From Salinivirgaceae bacterium (GTDB taxonomy: Bacteria > Bacteroidota > Bacteroidia > Bacteroidales > SZUA-534), in the NCBI GenBank assembly GCA_024405635.1, contig JAKSOL010000001.1, positions 96,001-160,000 on the forward strand: DNA of 64,000 nt, given 5' to 3'. The translations under genes and the position numbers were made by a program. Of this stretch, positions 29,073 to 40,419 are shown piece after piece. Position 1 is the stretch's first letter; the number at the start of each line of letters is the position of its first letter. Under the pieces are notes generated by a model, which did no database searches, was not told the origin of the DNA, and worked only from the letters and a program-made list of their open reading frames with translations.

Positions 29073-31754
29073 CTATTGTAACTTAATGGCAAACTCTTTA
29101 AGCTGCTTGTAGTGCTTAGGCAACCATTTGTAAATAATGTTGAGCAATGCGGCAACCGCTTTTGCTTTTCCGTTGTTGAATTGTTCTTGGCATTTTTTAA
29201 GTTCTTTTGTAATGTCTTGGTTTGCTTCAACATAATGAACCATTTCGGTATAGTTGTGCATCTTCATTGCATCTTCGGTTGAGCCAAAATGGTAAGACGT
29301 AAAGTCAATCAAGCTTTGTATTATTTCCTTTGTCTCTTTCTTTGATTTGCTCTTTTTGTACGATTCGCAAAGCTCATTTATCAAATAGAGTAGTTGTTGG
29401 TTTTGTCCGTCAAAATCGGGATTTCCGTTGTCGTAAGCAGGGTCCCAATGTTGTGGTTCTGGTTCTGGAATTTCGGGTTCTGATTCTGAAATTATTTTTG
29501 CCACATCGGTTTGGTTGTTGCTGCTTTGTGCTGCTTTTCCCAATTCAAGTTGCAAAGCCGAAACTTGCGATTCAAGTTCCATAATTCGCATCTCGTCGGC
29601 GCGTTGTTTGGTAATGTTTATAGCTACAAGATGCACTTTGTAAGGTTGACCGGTAAGGTCGTCAACTAGTGGAGAATAAAGTTCAAGCAACCATTCTTCG
29701 TTGTTGTTCATGGTTACATGAGCAGTTCTGTTTTGTGTTTTTCCGCGTTTTAGTTCGGCCCAAATGCGATTGTATTCAGGTAGGTCGGCGGTTGTAATAT
29801 TCATCACGTCTTTGTGCGATTTGCCAAGCAGTGCGCTCTCTGGTATACCAACCAAGTCGCAGAAGTTTTGGTTTGCGCTTAAGAAGTAACCATCAAGATC
29901 AAACTCGCAATTGTAGCCTAACGAACTGATAATGTTTATCATTTTCTCTGATTCGCGAGCTTTGCGGTCCGATTCTTCTTGTGTGGCTTGCAATTCTTCC
30001 ATGTTTTGTCGCATCTCTTCTTCTTGAGCAGCTAGCTCTTCTTTTTGGAACTGAGCGTTTTGTGCCATCAAAGCTGTGCGTTCAGCAGTTTTGGCTGTTG
30101 ATATGGTAGATGCAATGTTTTCGGCAAGTCGTTCAATAAAGTCAATTTTGTAGTTGTCAATAGGTTGGAATGATGCCAACTCAATAATACCAAACACTTC
30201 GTTGTTTATAACCAATGGTACAATAAGCAAAACAGATGCAGTAGCTTCGCCTAAACCTGAAGTTATTGTAATGTATCCTTGTGGGACGTCGGTCATGTAA
30301 ATGGTTTTACGCTCGTATGCGCAACGACCAATTAAATCTTCGCCAACGCGGAATTGCTTTTGCATGAATTTGCGGCGGTCGTATGCGATGGCCGAAGTCA
30401 TATCGTAAACTTCGTCGTTGGTTTCTTCGTCAACATTTTTGATATAGAAAGCACCTTGGTTTACTCCAACGTATTCAATCAAGTTTTTCAAAATGTTGTA
30501 TGAAAGGTCTTTGATGTTGTTGTTGCCATTGTCGGCATGTAGCACGTTTCCTAGTTTAGCTAATCCCGATGTTGCCCAGTTTACTTTGTCGTCTTCAATC
30601 TTGCGGCGTTCTGCTTCTTCGCGGTTCGATTGTAGGTTAGCGCGCATCTCTAGTAGCGAGTTTCCAAGTGTGTCGACTTCGCTTAATGGGGTAAATTGGG
30701 CATCAAGGTTGCCGGTTCCAATTTGGTTGGCAAATTCGGTAGTGTCTTTCAGTCCGTTAAGTAACTTGTCTAGGGCAATGTGAATTTTTTCAATGTCGCT
30801 ACTTGCAGCTGCTATAGTTATTTGAGCATTGTTTACATCGCCAAGGGCAAGTTTATTGAGCGATTCGGTAAGTTCTTTGATTGGTGCAATAATTTTGTTT
30901 GCGGTTAACCAAACTAAAAGAGTGATGGCAAATGCGCCAATGATGGATAGTAGTACAACAACTTTTGATGCTTTGTTTGCGTTGTTTAGTACAGCACCTT
31001 TGTTGTATGTGGTGCATAGTGTCCAATATTTTCCTTTGCTATATTCAATTGGAGTTACACGCATCATTACGTTGCCCATTCCTTGAACGTGTCCGGTAAA
31101 GTCAAATTGTTTGTCGGTGCCAATGTTGGCAGAAAGGTTGGAGGCTTCGTCAAGAGCGGGTAATACTTCTGAAACTGTAAGCCCGCATTGTAGAGGCGAT
31201 GTGCTCCAGAAAATTACATTATCGCTCGATACTAAAAAAGCAAGGTTCTCGCCACAAGTTTCGGTCAATTTTGCTTTAAGAGTGTCTAGTTGTATGGTTG
31301 CGGTGATGGCTCCAATAAAGTAGTCGTCCTCGGTAAGTGGTGATGCAATGTTGAGTGATGTTGTTGTTGTCTCAACGCGTGGTGCTGATACTTCAACAAA
31401 ATCAGATTCAAGCATTATCCAGTTTTCTTTAATTGATTTAAAGTTTGGGTGCTTGTTTAGTAATTGCTTATCAATGTTCATCAAGTTGTATGAGCGGTCG
31501 TCTTCGTCTTCAAATTGAAAATGGCTATATGAATGTGCCAATGTTCCAATAATGGCTTTGGCGTTTGATAGTTCAGCATTGATAAGTTCGCTACAGTTTG
31601 CTGTTATTGCTGAAAGTTGGTCCTTTTGTGTGGTTTTTACCATCTTCAGAATATTGGCATTGCTGTAAACTGCCATTACCAAAAATACTACTAACGATGT
31701 TGCTGCTGCGTAGAGCAGCATTTGTGCTTTGATTGATAGTTTTCTTGACTTCAT
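29073..31754 (-). CDS. Membrane sensor: TM-Cache-like-TM-HAMP-GAF-coiled coil-PAS-hemerythrin-like
   Basis: Two TM segments; GAF (LLIVPLVINNEVFGIIELAS); QEEEMRQNMEELQATQEE coil; PAS (EFDLDGYFLSANQNF); hemerythrin-like C-terminus; ATG 31754. Confidence 0.75.
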   Translation of the reverse strand: MKSRKLSIKAQMLLYAAATSLVVFLVMAVYSNANILKMVKTTQKDQLSAITANCSELINAELSNAKAIIGTLAHSYSHFQFEDEDDRSYNLMNIDKQLLNKHPNFKSIKENWIMLESDFVEVSAPRVETTTTSLNIASPLTEDDYFIGAITATIQLDTLKAKLTETCGENLAFLVSSDNVIFWSTSPLQCGLTVSEVLPALDEASNLSANIGTDKQFDFTGHVQGMGNVMMRVTPIEYSKGKYWTLCTTYNKGAVLNNANKASKVVVLLSIIGAFAITLLVWLTANKIIAPIKELTESLNKLALGDVNNAQITIAAASSDIEKIHIALDKLLNGLKDTTEFANQIGTGNLDAQFTPLSEVDTLGNSLLEMRANLQSNREEAERRKIEDDKVNWATSGLAKLGNVLHADNGNNNIKDLSYNILKNLIEYVGVNQGAFYIKNVDEETNDEVYDMTSAIAYDRRKFMQKQFRVGEDLIGRCAYERKTIYMTDVPQGYITITSGLGEATASVLLIVPLVINNEVFGIIELASFQPIDNYKIDFIERLAENIASTISTAKTAERTALMAQNAQFQKEELAAQEEEMRQNMEELQATQEESDRKARESEKMINIISSLGYNCEFDLDGYFLSANQNFCDLVGIPESALLGKSHKDVMNITTADLPEYNRIWAELKRGKTQNRTAHVTMNNNEEWLLELYSPLVDDLTGQPYKVHLVAINITKQRADEMRIMELESQVSALQLELGKAAQSSNNQTDVAKIISESEPEIPEPEPQHWDPAYDNGNPDFDGQNQQLLYLINELCESYKKSKSKKETKEIIQSLIDFTSYHFGSTEDAMKMHNYTEMVHYVEANQDITKELKKCQEQFNNGKAKAVAALLNIIYKWLPKHYKQLKEFAIKLQ

Positions 31755-31858
31755 TTCTCTTTTAGTTAAAAGGGTGTGCACCCGACAAACAAAGTGCTAT
31801 TTTAAGAAAAAAAGAGAAATGCGATAGTGTTTTTCTGAAAAATGATTTGATTGCAAAT

Positions 31859-31895
31859 AAAAAACGCTCTTAAAGAATGTCTCTAAGAGCGTTTT
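31859..31895 (-). terminator. Intrinsic terminator after clpB
   Basis: aaaaaacgctctta...taagagcgtttt. Confidence 0.8.
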
Positions 31896-31914
31896 GGTAT
31901 CAACCTTGACTGGG

Positions 31915-34500
31915 TTATTTGTTTGTTAGCACAATTTGGCCGTTTTGTCCACTAATGTTAATGGTCTTGTCTTTGTTAACGTCTCCGCTGATTATTGCGG
32001 TTGATAGTGGATTTAGAATTGCGCGTTCAATAAGTCGTTTTATTGGGCGAGCTCCGTAGTTAATGTCAAAACCTTGGTCGGCAATTGCGTCAATGGCTGT
32101 GTTGTCGATTGTTATGTTAACACCTTGTGCAGCAAGTCGTTCTGATAGGTGATGCATTTGCAATTCTACAATTTTCTTTATGTCGGTTTTTAATAGTGGC
32201 GAAAACATTATTATTTCGTCAATTCGGTTTAAAAACTCGGGTTTTACAGTGGCTTTTAGCATGTTTAGTGCTTTTTCTTGTGCCGATTCAATTACCATTT
32301 GACGGTTGTTGTCGTTCATTTTTTCAAACTCTTGTTGTATTAGTTCCGAACCAATGTTTGACGTCATTATAATAATGGTGTTTTTAAAGTTCACTGTTCG
32401 TCCTTTGTTGTCGGTTAGTCGTCCGTCGTCGAGCACTTGCAGTAGAATGTTGAAAACATCGGGGTGAGCTTTTTCAATTTCGTCGAGCAAAACAACTGAA
32501 TATGGCTTGCGGCGAACGGCTTCGGTTAGTTGACCTCCTTCGTCGTAGCCTACATATCCCGGAGGTGCTCCTATTAGACGCGAAACGGAGTATCGTTCTT
32601 GGTATTCCGACATGTCAATTCGTGTCATTTGAGTGTCGTCGTTGAACAGAAACCCTGCTAATGCTTTTGCTAGTTCGGTTTTTCCAACACCGGTTGTGCC
32701 TAAAAAGATGAATGATCCAATGGGCTTGTTGGTGTCTTGTAGTCCGGCACGGCTACGGCGCACAGCATTTGATATTGCCGATATAGCCTCGTCTTGACCA
32801 ATAACGCGTTTGTGAAGTTCTTGCTCAAGGTTAATTAGTTTTTCGCGTTCGGCTTGCATCATTTTCGAAACTGGAATGTGAGTCCATTTTGATACAACTT
32901 CGGCAATGTCTTCTGGTGTAACAACCTCGCGAATCATGGCTTCGGTTTGTGTTTGCAGTTTGGCTTTTTGTTGTTCAATAATGTTTTCGCATTCTTTGAT
33001 TTTTCCATAGCGAATTTCGGCTACTTTGCTGTAGTCGCCGTTGCGCTCGGCTTGTTCGGCTTCAAGTTTTAGTTCTTCAATGCGTTTTTTATTGTTCTGA
33101 ATGTCGTCTAATACAGCTTTTTCGGCCTTCCATTTTGCTGTTTTTGCAGTCAACTCGGCATTTTTTTCGCTCAGTTCTTTGTTTATTGAGTTGAGTTTTG
33201 CCGAGTCGCCTTCGCGTTTTATGGCTTCTTTTTCAATCTCAAGTTGCATCACATCGCGTTGTAGTTCGTCAATGTCTTCGGGTACCGAGTTCATTTCCAT
33301 TCTTAGTTTTGATGCAGCTTCGTCAATAAGGTCTATGGCTTTGTCGGGAAGGAAACGATCTGATATATAGCGGTTTGATAGTTCAACGGCGGATATTAAA
33401 GCATCGTCAAGAATTTGCACTTTGTGGTGCATCTCGTAGCGCTCTTTCAGTCCTCGCAAAATTGATATTGAACTGCATGTGTCGGGTTCGTCAATTATTA
33501 CTTTTTGAAAACGGCGTTCAAGTGCTTTGTCTTTTTCAAAGTATTTTTGGTATTCGTCAAGTGTGGTGGCACCAATTGAACGCAGCTCGCCACGAGCAAG
33601 CGCGGGTTTTAAAATGTTGGCAGCGTCCATTGCTCCGTCGCCTTTTCCTGCTCCCACAAGCGTATGAATCTCGTCAATGAAAAGAATTATTTCACCGTTT
33701 GTGCTAATCACTTCGTTTACAACACTTTTCAATCGTTCTTCAAATTCGCCTTTGTATTTTGCGCCAGCCACAAGTGCGCCCATATCGAGCGAGTAAATTT
33801 TTTTGGTTTTCAAATTTTCGGGCACATCGTTTCGTACTATACGGTGAGCAATGCCTTCGGCTATTGCTGTTTTTCCGGTGCCGGGTTCGCCAATAAGAAT
33901 GGGGTTGTTTTTGGTGCGGCGACTAAGTATTTGCAAAATGCGTCGAATTTCGTCGTCGCGACCAATTACTGGATCGAGTTTGCCTTGGGCGGCTTGCTCG
34001 TTAAGGTTAATGGCATATTTGGCAAGCGACATGTAGTTGCTGTCAGCGTTCTCGCTGGTTACTTTTTGTCCTTTGGTTATTTCTAATATGCAGGTTTCAA
34101 CTGTTTTGGGGGTCAAACCTTGGTCGCGTAGCATTTTTCCAATTTGGCTGCGGTCGTCAACAATTGCTAGCCAAAGATGCTCAACCGACACAAATTGATC
34201 GCCTTTTTTGTTGGCTAATTGTTGTGCGTTTGCAAGAATTGCATTTGAGTCGTTTGATAAATATACATCGCCTCCTGAAACTTTTGGGTATGAGTAGTTT
34301 ATACTATCAATTATGCCATTAAGTGTTTGTTCTGAAATGTTGTGTTTTTGCAAAATGTAACGGCTTACGTCTTTCTCAACATCGAGCAAGGCTTTTAGTA
34401 TATGACCTGGCTCAATGGCTTGGTTTCCAGATGCATTAGCAATGTTTACTGCGTTTTGCAGAACTTCTTGCGTCTTAATTGTGAAATTGTTAGTGTTCAT
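31915..34500 (-). CDS. clpB: Chaperone ClpB
   Basis: Two AAA+ domains ([16 protein letters not shown]), coiled-coil middle domain, [17 protein letters not shown]. Confidence 0.96.
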   Translation of the reverse strand: MNTNNFTIKTQEVLQNAVNIANASGNQAIEPGHILKALLDVEKDVSRYILQKHNISEQTLNGIIDSINYSYPKVSGGDVYLSNDSNAILANAQQLANKKGDQFVSVEHLWLAIVDDRSQIGKMLRDQGLTPKTVETCILEITKGQKVTSENADSNYMSLAKYAINLNEQAAQGKLDPVIGRDDEIRRILQILSRRTKNNPILIGEPGTGKTAIAEGIAHRIVRNDVPENLKTKKIYSLDMGALVAGAKYKGEFEERLKSVVNEVISTNGEIILFIDEIHTLVGAGKGDGAMDAANILKPALARGELRSIGATTLDEYQKYFEKDKALERRFQKVIIDEPDTCSSISILRGLKERYEMHHKVQILDDALISAVELSNRYISDRFLPDKAIDLIDEAASKLRMEMNSVPEDIDELQRDVMQLEIEKEAIKREGDSAKLNSINKELSEKNAELTAKTAKWKAEKAVLDDIQNNKKRIEELKLEAEQAERNGDYSKVAEIRYGKIKECENIIEQQKAKLQTQTEAMIREVVTPEDIAEVVSKWTHIPVSKMMQAEREKLINLEQELHKRVIGQDEAISAISNAVRRSRAGLQDTNKPIGSFIFLGTTGVGKTELAKALAGFLFNDDTQMTRIDMSEYQERYSVSRLIGAPPGYVGYDEGGQLTEAVRRKPYSVVLLDEIEKAHPDVFNILLQVLDDGRLTDNKGRTVNFKNTIIIMTSNIGSELIQQEFEKMNDNNRQMVIESAQEKALNMLKATVKPEFLNRIDEIIMFSPLLKTDIKKIVELQMHHLSERLAAQGVNITIDNTAIDAIADQGFDINYGARPIKRLIERAILNPLSTAIISGDVNKDKTINISGQNGQIVLTNK

Positions 34501-34559
34501 AGTGCTTATGATTTATGTGTGTTAATTATAAACAGTTTTTTTTATCGCTTTGTTGAATG

Positions 34560-34574
34560 GCAAATTGTAAGCCA
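34560..34574 (-). promoter_or_regulatory. sigma54-type -24/-12 element upstream of clpB
   Basis: Minus strand TGGCTTACAATTTGC = TGGC-N7-TTGC, ~60 bp before ATG. Confidence 0.5.
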
Positions 34575-34829
34575 AGCCTTATGGTAAAATGGCTTTCTTT
34601 TTGTTTGCGTTTTGTAAATCGTTGTTAATTAGGCGATTGCATGTAATGTGGCAAATTGTTACATGCATGACAATTTTTCATAAATAATTGAAAAGTAATG
34701 CCAAAATGACAAATTGGTCATTTTTATTAACGAGGTTAACCTATGTGTAAAGAGTGTTAATTTTCGATAAAAGTTTGCGTAGTAATAATATATAACTACA
34801 TTCGTGCCCAACAATACTGACAAAAATCA

Positions 34830-35783
34830 ATGAAAACTGCCTATTATTTCGATGAAGATTCGCTGCAAATGGTTGAGCGGCGTACTTCGTGGGTAAGCAG
34901 TGCGGTGCAAAAAGCAAAACCTTATTTTTGGGGGTCGCTTGTTGTTTCGGCACTAGCTTGGGGCGCAATGTCATTTGGTTTTTTGCCTTCAATTGGTAAT
35001 TCAAATCTCCAAACCGAGCAAATTGAAATTAAAGCAAAGTTGGATCAACTTAACAGCCGTTTTGCTGATGTTGAAGATTTCCTTTCGCTTGTTCAATACC
35101 GCGACGATAGTTGTTTTCGTGTGATTGCACAAAAACAACCTATTCCAATGTCGGTTCGTCAGCCTAACTTTGGTGGTATTAATAAATATGAGTCGCTTGA
35201 GAGTTTTCCTTTTGGCGATGATTTGGTTGATGCTAATAACCGCGCCGATTACCTTCAACGTAGATTGAATGTGCAATTGAGTTCGTATCGTTCAATGGAA
35301 AAGAATGCAAGTTTATACAACGATAGTTTGTTAGCCATGCCAGCTATTTCTCCAATGGCTCCACATCGTTTCAGAATATCATCATCGTTTGGAACTCGTA
35401 TTCACCCAATCTTACGTGCGCGTTTTCATCACGATGGTGTTGACTTTGCCGCAAAAGAAGGTACCGAAATCTTTGCAACTGGTAGCGGAGTTGTTACAAA
35501 GGTGATTCGTAGCAAATCGGGCTACGGAAATATGGTTGTTATTAATCACGGTTACGGATATACATCGCGTTATGCTCACTTGAGCAAAATTAAAGTTGCT
35601 GTTGGCGATACTGTTCAACGAGGAACTGTTATTGCATTGTGTGGCAATACCGGTTTGTCAACAGGTTCGCATCTTCATTACGAGGTGATTAGTAATGGCA
35701 CAAAGAAAGATCCTCAAGGATTTATGGCATTTGACTTGAACTCTACCGAGTTTAAGGAAATGCGTAATGCTTTTGCTGAATAA
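34830..35783 (+). CDS. M23 family metallopeptidase
   Basis: N-terminal TM and coil; HDGVD and HLHYEV zinc motifs. Confidence 0.92.
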   Translation: MKTAYYFDEDSLQMVERRTSWVSSAVQKAKPYFWGSLVVSALAWGAMSFGFLPSIGNSNLQTEQIEIKAKLDQLNSRFADVEDFLSLVQYRDDSCFRVIAQKQPIPMSVRQPNFGGINKYESLESFPFGDDLVDANNRADYLQRRLNVQLSSYRSMEKNASLYNDSLLAMPAISPMAPHRFRISSSFGTRIHPILRARFHHDGVDFAAKEGTEIFATGSGVVTKVIRSKSGYGNMVVINHGYGYTSRYAHLSKIKVAVGDTVQRGTVIALCGNTGLSTGSHLHYEVISNGTKKDPQGFMAFDLNSTEFKEMRNAFAE

Positions 35784-35999
35784 TATTTTTCTTTCTGTTT
35801 TTTTACTTTGAGGCAAATGGTTTAAACTTTGCTTTGTTTTATGCGCACAATTGTATTTGTTGTGCTAACAATCGGTTTTTTCTTCTTCAATAAGTAAAAA
35901 TTGAACATGCGGAATTGGTTGTTCTGCATCTTGTTCAATAAAAACTAACATTGGTGCAGGGCCATTATATTTCAGTCATAAATGAATGATGATGAGCAT

Positions 36000-38357
36000 T
36001 TATGGTTGTGAAGTTTGAAAAACGATTTTTACAGGAGCTAAACCGGGCGAAGTGGCTGATAGTGTAACAATGCCGCTTTGTCGTTTTGAGCGAAGAATAA
36101 CCGTTGTTTCTCCATTCCAAAGGCGGCGAGTGTTGCTAATGTATGGTTCTTCGCTTTGTATGTCGCCATTTGTTACGGCAACAATTTCAGCAGGGCCTTC
36201 AACGTTGAATGTTATTTGATTTCGGTAAGTTTGGTTTAGTCGGTCTTGGTTGTCAAGTGCCGATATGGTAATGTGTTGAAGGTCGTATCCATCGGCTTTC
36301 CAATTGTTATTGTCGTGTTGGGCAAATAGGTGAGTAGCTGATGTTGCTGTTTCAATTTTGTGGTAAGCAACCACCTTGCCGTTGGTGCGAGCAATGGCAA
36401 CAAGTGTTCCTTGCTCAAATGGTACTTTTTTCCATGCGGTGTGGTTTGCTATATGCGATATCGATCTGTCGTTTTGTTTTGTGCCAAGACTTTTGCCGTT
36501 TAAAATCAGTTCCATTTCGTCGGCATTGCTAATAACCCAAAGGTTAAGAGAGTCGCCTTGTCGAAAATTCCAATGGTCGAGTATGTTGGTTGTGCTAATT
36601 TGTTCGCCTGTCCATCTGCTGTTGTTGGTTATACTTGAAATGCAAATGTGAACAGTTGGCTCTTCAGGCATAAAGAACGATTTTAAAAGATATGCGCTTG
36701 GTTTTGGTTCCATGTTGATATAGAATGTGCCTTGTCCCCATTTTAAAGCTGGCCAATGGCTTGTCTCGCGCAAATAGTCGATTAGTCCCCAGTATGCAAT
36801 TCCAATATTTTTTTCTTTTTCAAAATCGATAAAACTTTGGCCTATCATTGCCACGTTTGCCTCGCTTAAGTAAAAATTCATCCAAGGGAAAAGGCGTTTA
36901 TCGTTGTTTGTGTATGCAAATCGGTAGTTATATGCCTGAATGTCGGTAATGTATGCCAAGTCCGATGGTAGAGAGTCGGTGTTTAAGTTGCGTCCGTGAG
37001 GGTGCATTGTGGCAGTGGTAGGGCGAGTGGTGTCGTATCGCTGAACTAGTGTGCGCATCAATTTATAAGGAGTTACGCCCCAGTCGGCAAAGGGGAGGTT
37101 GGGGGTTAATTGGTTTTCGTTGCCAAGGCTCCACATTATTACGCAAGGGTGGTTGCGGTCGCGTTTTATGAATTCAGAAACATTGCTTTGCCATAAGCTG
37201 TTCCAATCGCGGCGTCCGCCTGCATATTGCGTGAGCCATTTGTCGTAAAGTTCGTCAACTACTAAAATTCCGTATTGGTCGCAAAGGTTCAGAAATGTTT
37301 CGCTATATGGGTTGTGCGATGTGCGAATGTGGTTTACACCAAATTGTTTTAGCGTTTGTATGCGTTTTTCGTTGGCACGTTCGTAATCGGCAGCGCCAAG
37401 TGCGCCAAGTGTATGGTGGTTGGCCATGCCTTTTAGCAACACTTTTTTCCCGTTTAGCTTAAAGCCAAATTCTGGGCCATATTCAATGCTGCGTATGCCA
37501 AAAGTGCTTGTGGCAATGTCAATTATCGAATCTTTGGTAATTATTGCCGATTCAACGGTGTATAGTTTTGGCGAGTCGAGGTCCCACAATTCGGGATTAT
37601 TTATGCTAATGCTGTCAATTCGATATTCAAATGTGTTGGCTATTTGCTTTAATGATACAGTGTTTTTCGATACTGCTTTTCCTTCGGGATTGCGAACTAT
37701 GGTTTGAACGTAGATTGGTTCTTTTGATTTTGGGCGACTTATTTCAGCATTGATAATAACAGTGGCTTGTTTGTCGCTAACGTTAGGTGTGATTATTTGC
37801 AAGGGGTGGCGCTCAAAGTAAGTGGTGCGGTTTGTAACTATTAGTTTAACGTTTCTTGTTAATCCACCGCCAGTGTGCCAGCGCGAGTTTTCGGGGTTTT
37901 GCAAGTTGGCTTTCACTGCAATTATGTTTGGTCCGTTCCAGTTTACGTGGTCGGTTATGTCAACTTCAAATCCAAGGTAACCATAGTCGGTGCTGCCAAC
38001 GTGTTCACCGTTTAAATAAACATCGCCAACGTACATAATGCTTTCAAAATCAAGCAATAGGCGCTTGCCTTTCCATTCGTTGCGCAAGTTTAGTTGGCGA
38101 CGGTACCAACCTATGCCGCTTTTTACCAATCCTGCCGAAATGTTGTTGGGTTGCTTTGGGTACGATGGGTGGGCTATTTGAAAGTCGTGTGGAACATTTA
38201 TTATGCGCCAATCGGAGTCGTTTAATTCTACCGATTCGGCATTGTTTAAATCGCCAAAATGAAATTTCCAACTAAAATTGAGGTCATATACTTCGCGCGA
38301 TGTTGCTATGTTGTTGAATAGTAATAGAGTAGCGAGTATTGCAAAAAGCCTTTTCAT
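36000..38357 (-). CDS. GH2 glycoside hydrolase (beta-galactosidase-like)
   Basis: GIGWYR, FGIRSI, IRTSHNP, RDRNHPCVIMWSLGNE; signal peptide from ATG 38357. Confidence 0.9.
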   Translation of the reverse strand: MKRLFAILATLLLFNNIATSREVYDLNFSWKFHFGDLNNAESVELNDSDWRIINVPHDFQIAHPSYPKQPNNISAGLVKSGIGWYRRQLNLRNEWKGKRLLLDFESIMYVGDVYLNGEHVGSTDYGYLGFEVDITDHVNWNGPNIIAVKANLQNPENSRWHTGGGLTRNVKLIVTNRTTYFERHPLQIITPNVSDKQATVIINAEISRPKSKEPIYVQTIVRNPEGKAVSKNTVSLKQIANTFEYRIDSISINNPELWDLDSPKLYTVESAIITKDSIIDIATSTFGIRSIEYGPEFGFKLNGKKVLLKGMANHHTLGALGAADYERANEKRIQTLKQFGVNHIRTSHNPYSETFLNLCDQYGILVVDELYDKWLTQYAGGRRDWNSLWQSNVSEFIKRDRNHPCVIMWSLGNENQLTPNLPFADWGVTPYKLMRTLVQRYDTTRPTTATMHPHGRNLNTDSLPSDLAYITDIQAYNYRFAYTNNDKRLFPWMNFYLSEANVAMIGQSFIDFEKEKNIGIAYWGLIDYLRETSHWPALKWGQGTFYINMEPKPSAYLLKSFFMPEEPTVHICISSITNNSRWTGEQISTTNILDHWNFRQGDSLNLWVISNADEMELILNGKSLGTKQNDRSISHIANHTAWKKVPFEQGTLVAIARTNGKVVAYHKIETATSATHLFAQHDNNNWKADGYDLQHITISALDNQDRLNQTYRNQITFNVEGPAEIVAVTNGDIQSEEPYISNTRRLWNGETTVILRSKRQSGIVTLSATSPGLAPVKIVFQTSQP

Positions 38358-38440
38358 TTGTTTATTCAAGTTTTTTTTGTTGTGGCGCAAATATAAGGCT
38401 TGGTTGCTAATGGTTTTGTTTGGGCTGTTTAAAACCGAAT

Positions 38441-38482
38441 AAAAAAAACGGCAGCACTCGTGTTTTGAATGCTGCCGATTTT
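38441..38482 (-). terminator. Intrinsic terminator after acyl-CoA ligase
   Basis: aaaaaaaacggcagca...tgctgccg. Confidence 0.8.
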
Positions 38483-38509
38483 AGTCTTAATTCAAGTTTT
38501 GGTACTGAA

Positions 38510-40165
38510 TTATATTTGATAGATAAAGCGTTTGATGCTCTTTTTAGGAGTTTTTTCAAACTCTTCGTTGTAAATCTTAACACCAGCAATTTGGCTGAAG
38601 TTTGGAAGATCTTTGTTTAGTTGGAACACCAATTGCTCAATTGTAGTTTTAATGTCGTTGTCGTGAATACCTTGTTGAGTAAGTGCTTCAAAATCAGGAT
38701 AAATCAAGGCGTAAAGTTTTCCATCTTTTTCAGCAACAATCGATTCGGTAACATAGAACAAGTTGTTGATGCGATCCTCAATCTCTTCGGGGTAAATGTT
38801 TTGTCCGCTAGGACCAAGAATCATATTCTTGCTACGACCTTTGATAAATACGTTGCCATCTTTGTCCATAAGGGCAAGGTCGCCAGTGTGGCCCCAACCT
38901 TCAGAGTCAATGAATTGTTTTGTAGCTGCTTCGTTTTTGTAGTAGCCAATCATCATATTGGTACCGCGTGCAAGAATTTCGCCTGGAATATTCTCTGGGT
39001 CGCTTGAGTCGATTTTAATTTCCATGCGTTCAACAGGGCGGCCGCACGAACCTTTTGCAAAGGTGCTCCAATCGGAGAATGTTAAAATTGGCGCAAACTC
39101 GGTCATGCCGTAACCTACGGTGTATTCAAACTTAATTTTCTTCAAAAAGTCTTCAATACCTTGGTTTAGTGGAGCACCACCAATAATAACCTCTTTAAAA
39201 TTGCCACCCAAAGCCTCGCGTACTTTTGAGCGTATATTGCTGTAAATCTTATCGTTAATTACAGGAATGTTTAGCATAAAGTTGATAATTGGACGCTCGA
39301 TTTGTGGGAATACTTTCTTGCGGATAATCTTTTCAAGAATAAGTGGAACCGAGATGATAAGGTCTGGTTTAACTTCAGCAAATGCATCGGTAATGATTTT
39401 TGGCGATGGGGTACGAGTTAAGAAATAAATGTGAGTACCAACACCAAATCCATAAAGGAACTCAAATGCTAAACCGTACATGTGTGCCATTGGTAGAATT
39501 GACACTAACTTTTGTCCGCTCTCGCTGCCAATTGCGTTTACTGCAAATACATAGTTTGAATATAGCGTGCGGAATGGAAGCATAACGCCCTTTGATGCGC
39601 TTGTTGTTCCCGATGTGTAGTTGATTAGTGCAAGATCTTCCCAGTTTTCGGCTGCAAGACTAAAGTCGTTTGGTAGGAACTTGTGTGGGAAACGTTGTGC
39701 AAACATCAAGTTTAGGTTGTTGCGCGCATAGGTTAGTTTTTCGTTGCGCGATACGCGGATTTCATAATCTTCCATGCGTATAATGCCTAATAAATCAGGC
39801 ATTGAAGCTTCATCTAGTCCGCTCCAAACATTGTCGCCAACAAATAGCAAGCGCGACTCGCTATGGTTAACAATGTGATGAATGTTATCGGGTTTGAATT
39901 CGCTCAAAATAGGTACGGCAACTGCTCCATACGACAATGTTGCCAAAAAGGCTATGCCCCAAGCCGATGAGTTGCGGCTACATAGTGCAATGCGGTCGCC
40001 TTTTTCTATACCGCACTCTTCAAACAAAATGTGAAGTTTCACAATTTGGCGAGCAACATCGCGGTATGTGTTGGTTGTTCCTTGATAATCGGTAAGTGAA
40101 GGTTTACCCCAATTGTCTCGAATGGTTTTTTCGAAGACGGTCATGAGGTTGCTATTCATTTCCAT
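38510..40165 (-). CDS. Long-chain fatty acid--CoA ligase (AMP-binding)
   Basis: YTSGTTSASKGV, GYGMTE, HTGD, GRSKNMIL. Confidence 0.92.
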   Translation of the reverse strand: MEMNSNLMTVFEKTIRDNWGKPSLTDYQGTTNTYRDVARQIVKLHILFEECGIEKGDRIALCSRNSSAWGIAFLATLSYGAVAVPILSEFKPDNIHHIVNHSESRLLFVGDNVWSGLDEASMPDLLGIIRMEDYEIRVSRNEKLTYARNNLNLMFAQRFPHKFLPNDFSLAAENWEDLALINYTSGTTSASKGVMLPFRTLYSNYVFAVNAIGSESGQKLVSILPMAHMYGLAFEFLYGFGVGTHIYFLTRTPSPKIITDAFAEVKPDLIISVPLILEKIIRKKVFPQIERPIINFMLNIPVINDKIYSNIRSKVREALGGNFKEVIIGGAPLNQGIEDFLKKIKFEYTVGYGMTEFAPILTFSDWSTFAKGSCGRPVERMEIKIDSSDPENIPGEILARGTNMMIGYYKNEAATKQFIDSEGWGHTGDLALMDKDGNVFIKGRSKNMILGPSGQNIYPEEIEDRINNLFYVTESIVAEKDGKLYALIYPDFEALTQQGIHDNDIKTTIEQLVFQLNKDLPNFSQIAGVKIYNEEFEKTPKKSIKRFIYQI

Positions 40166-40419
40166 GTTAATTAGTTTTTTAGTGTTACGAGATTGTTTTA
40201 TGCAACTATTGTTCCAAAATCAATCGATGGATTGATGGCGAATGTTAAAAGTGCATGCTTTGGGGTGGGTGAATGTTGTAAGTTGTTGTTAATTAGTATG
40301 TTGATGCGTTAGGGGGAGATGATAAAAAACGTTTTGTCGCTCTTTTTTTTGTTTGCTGAATTTGTTTTGATGTGTGCAGTTAAACCACGATACAAACACA
40401 ATTTCCCATATTAACGCCC

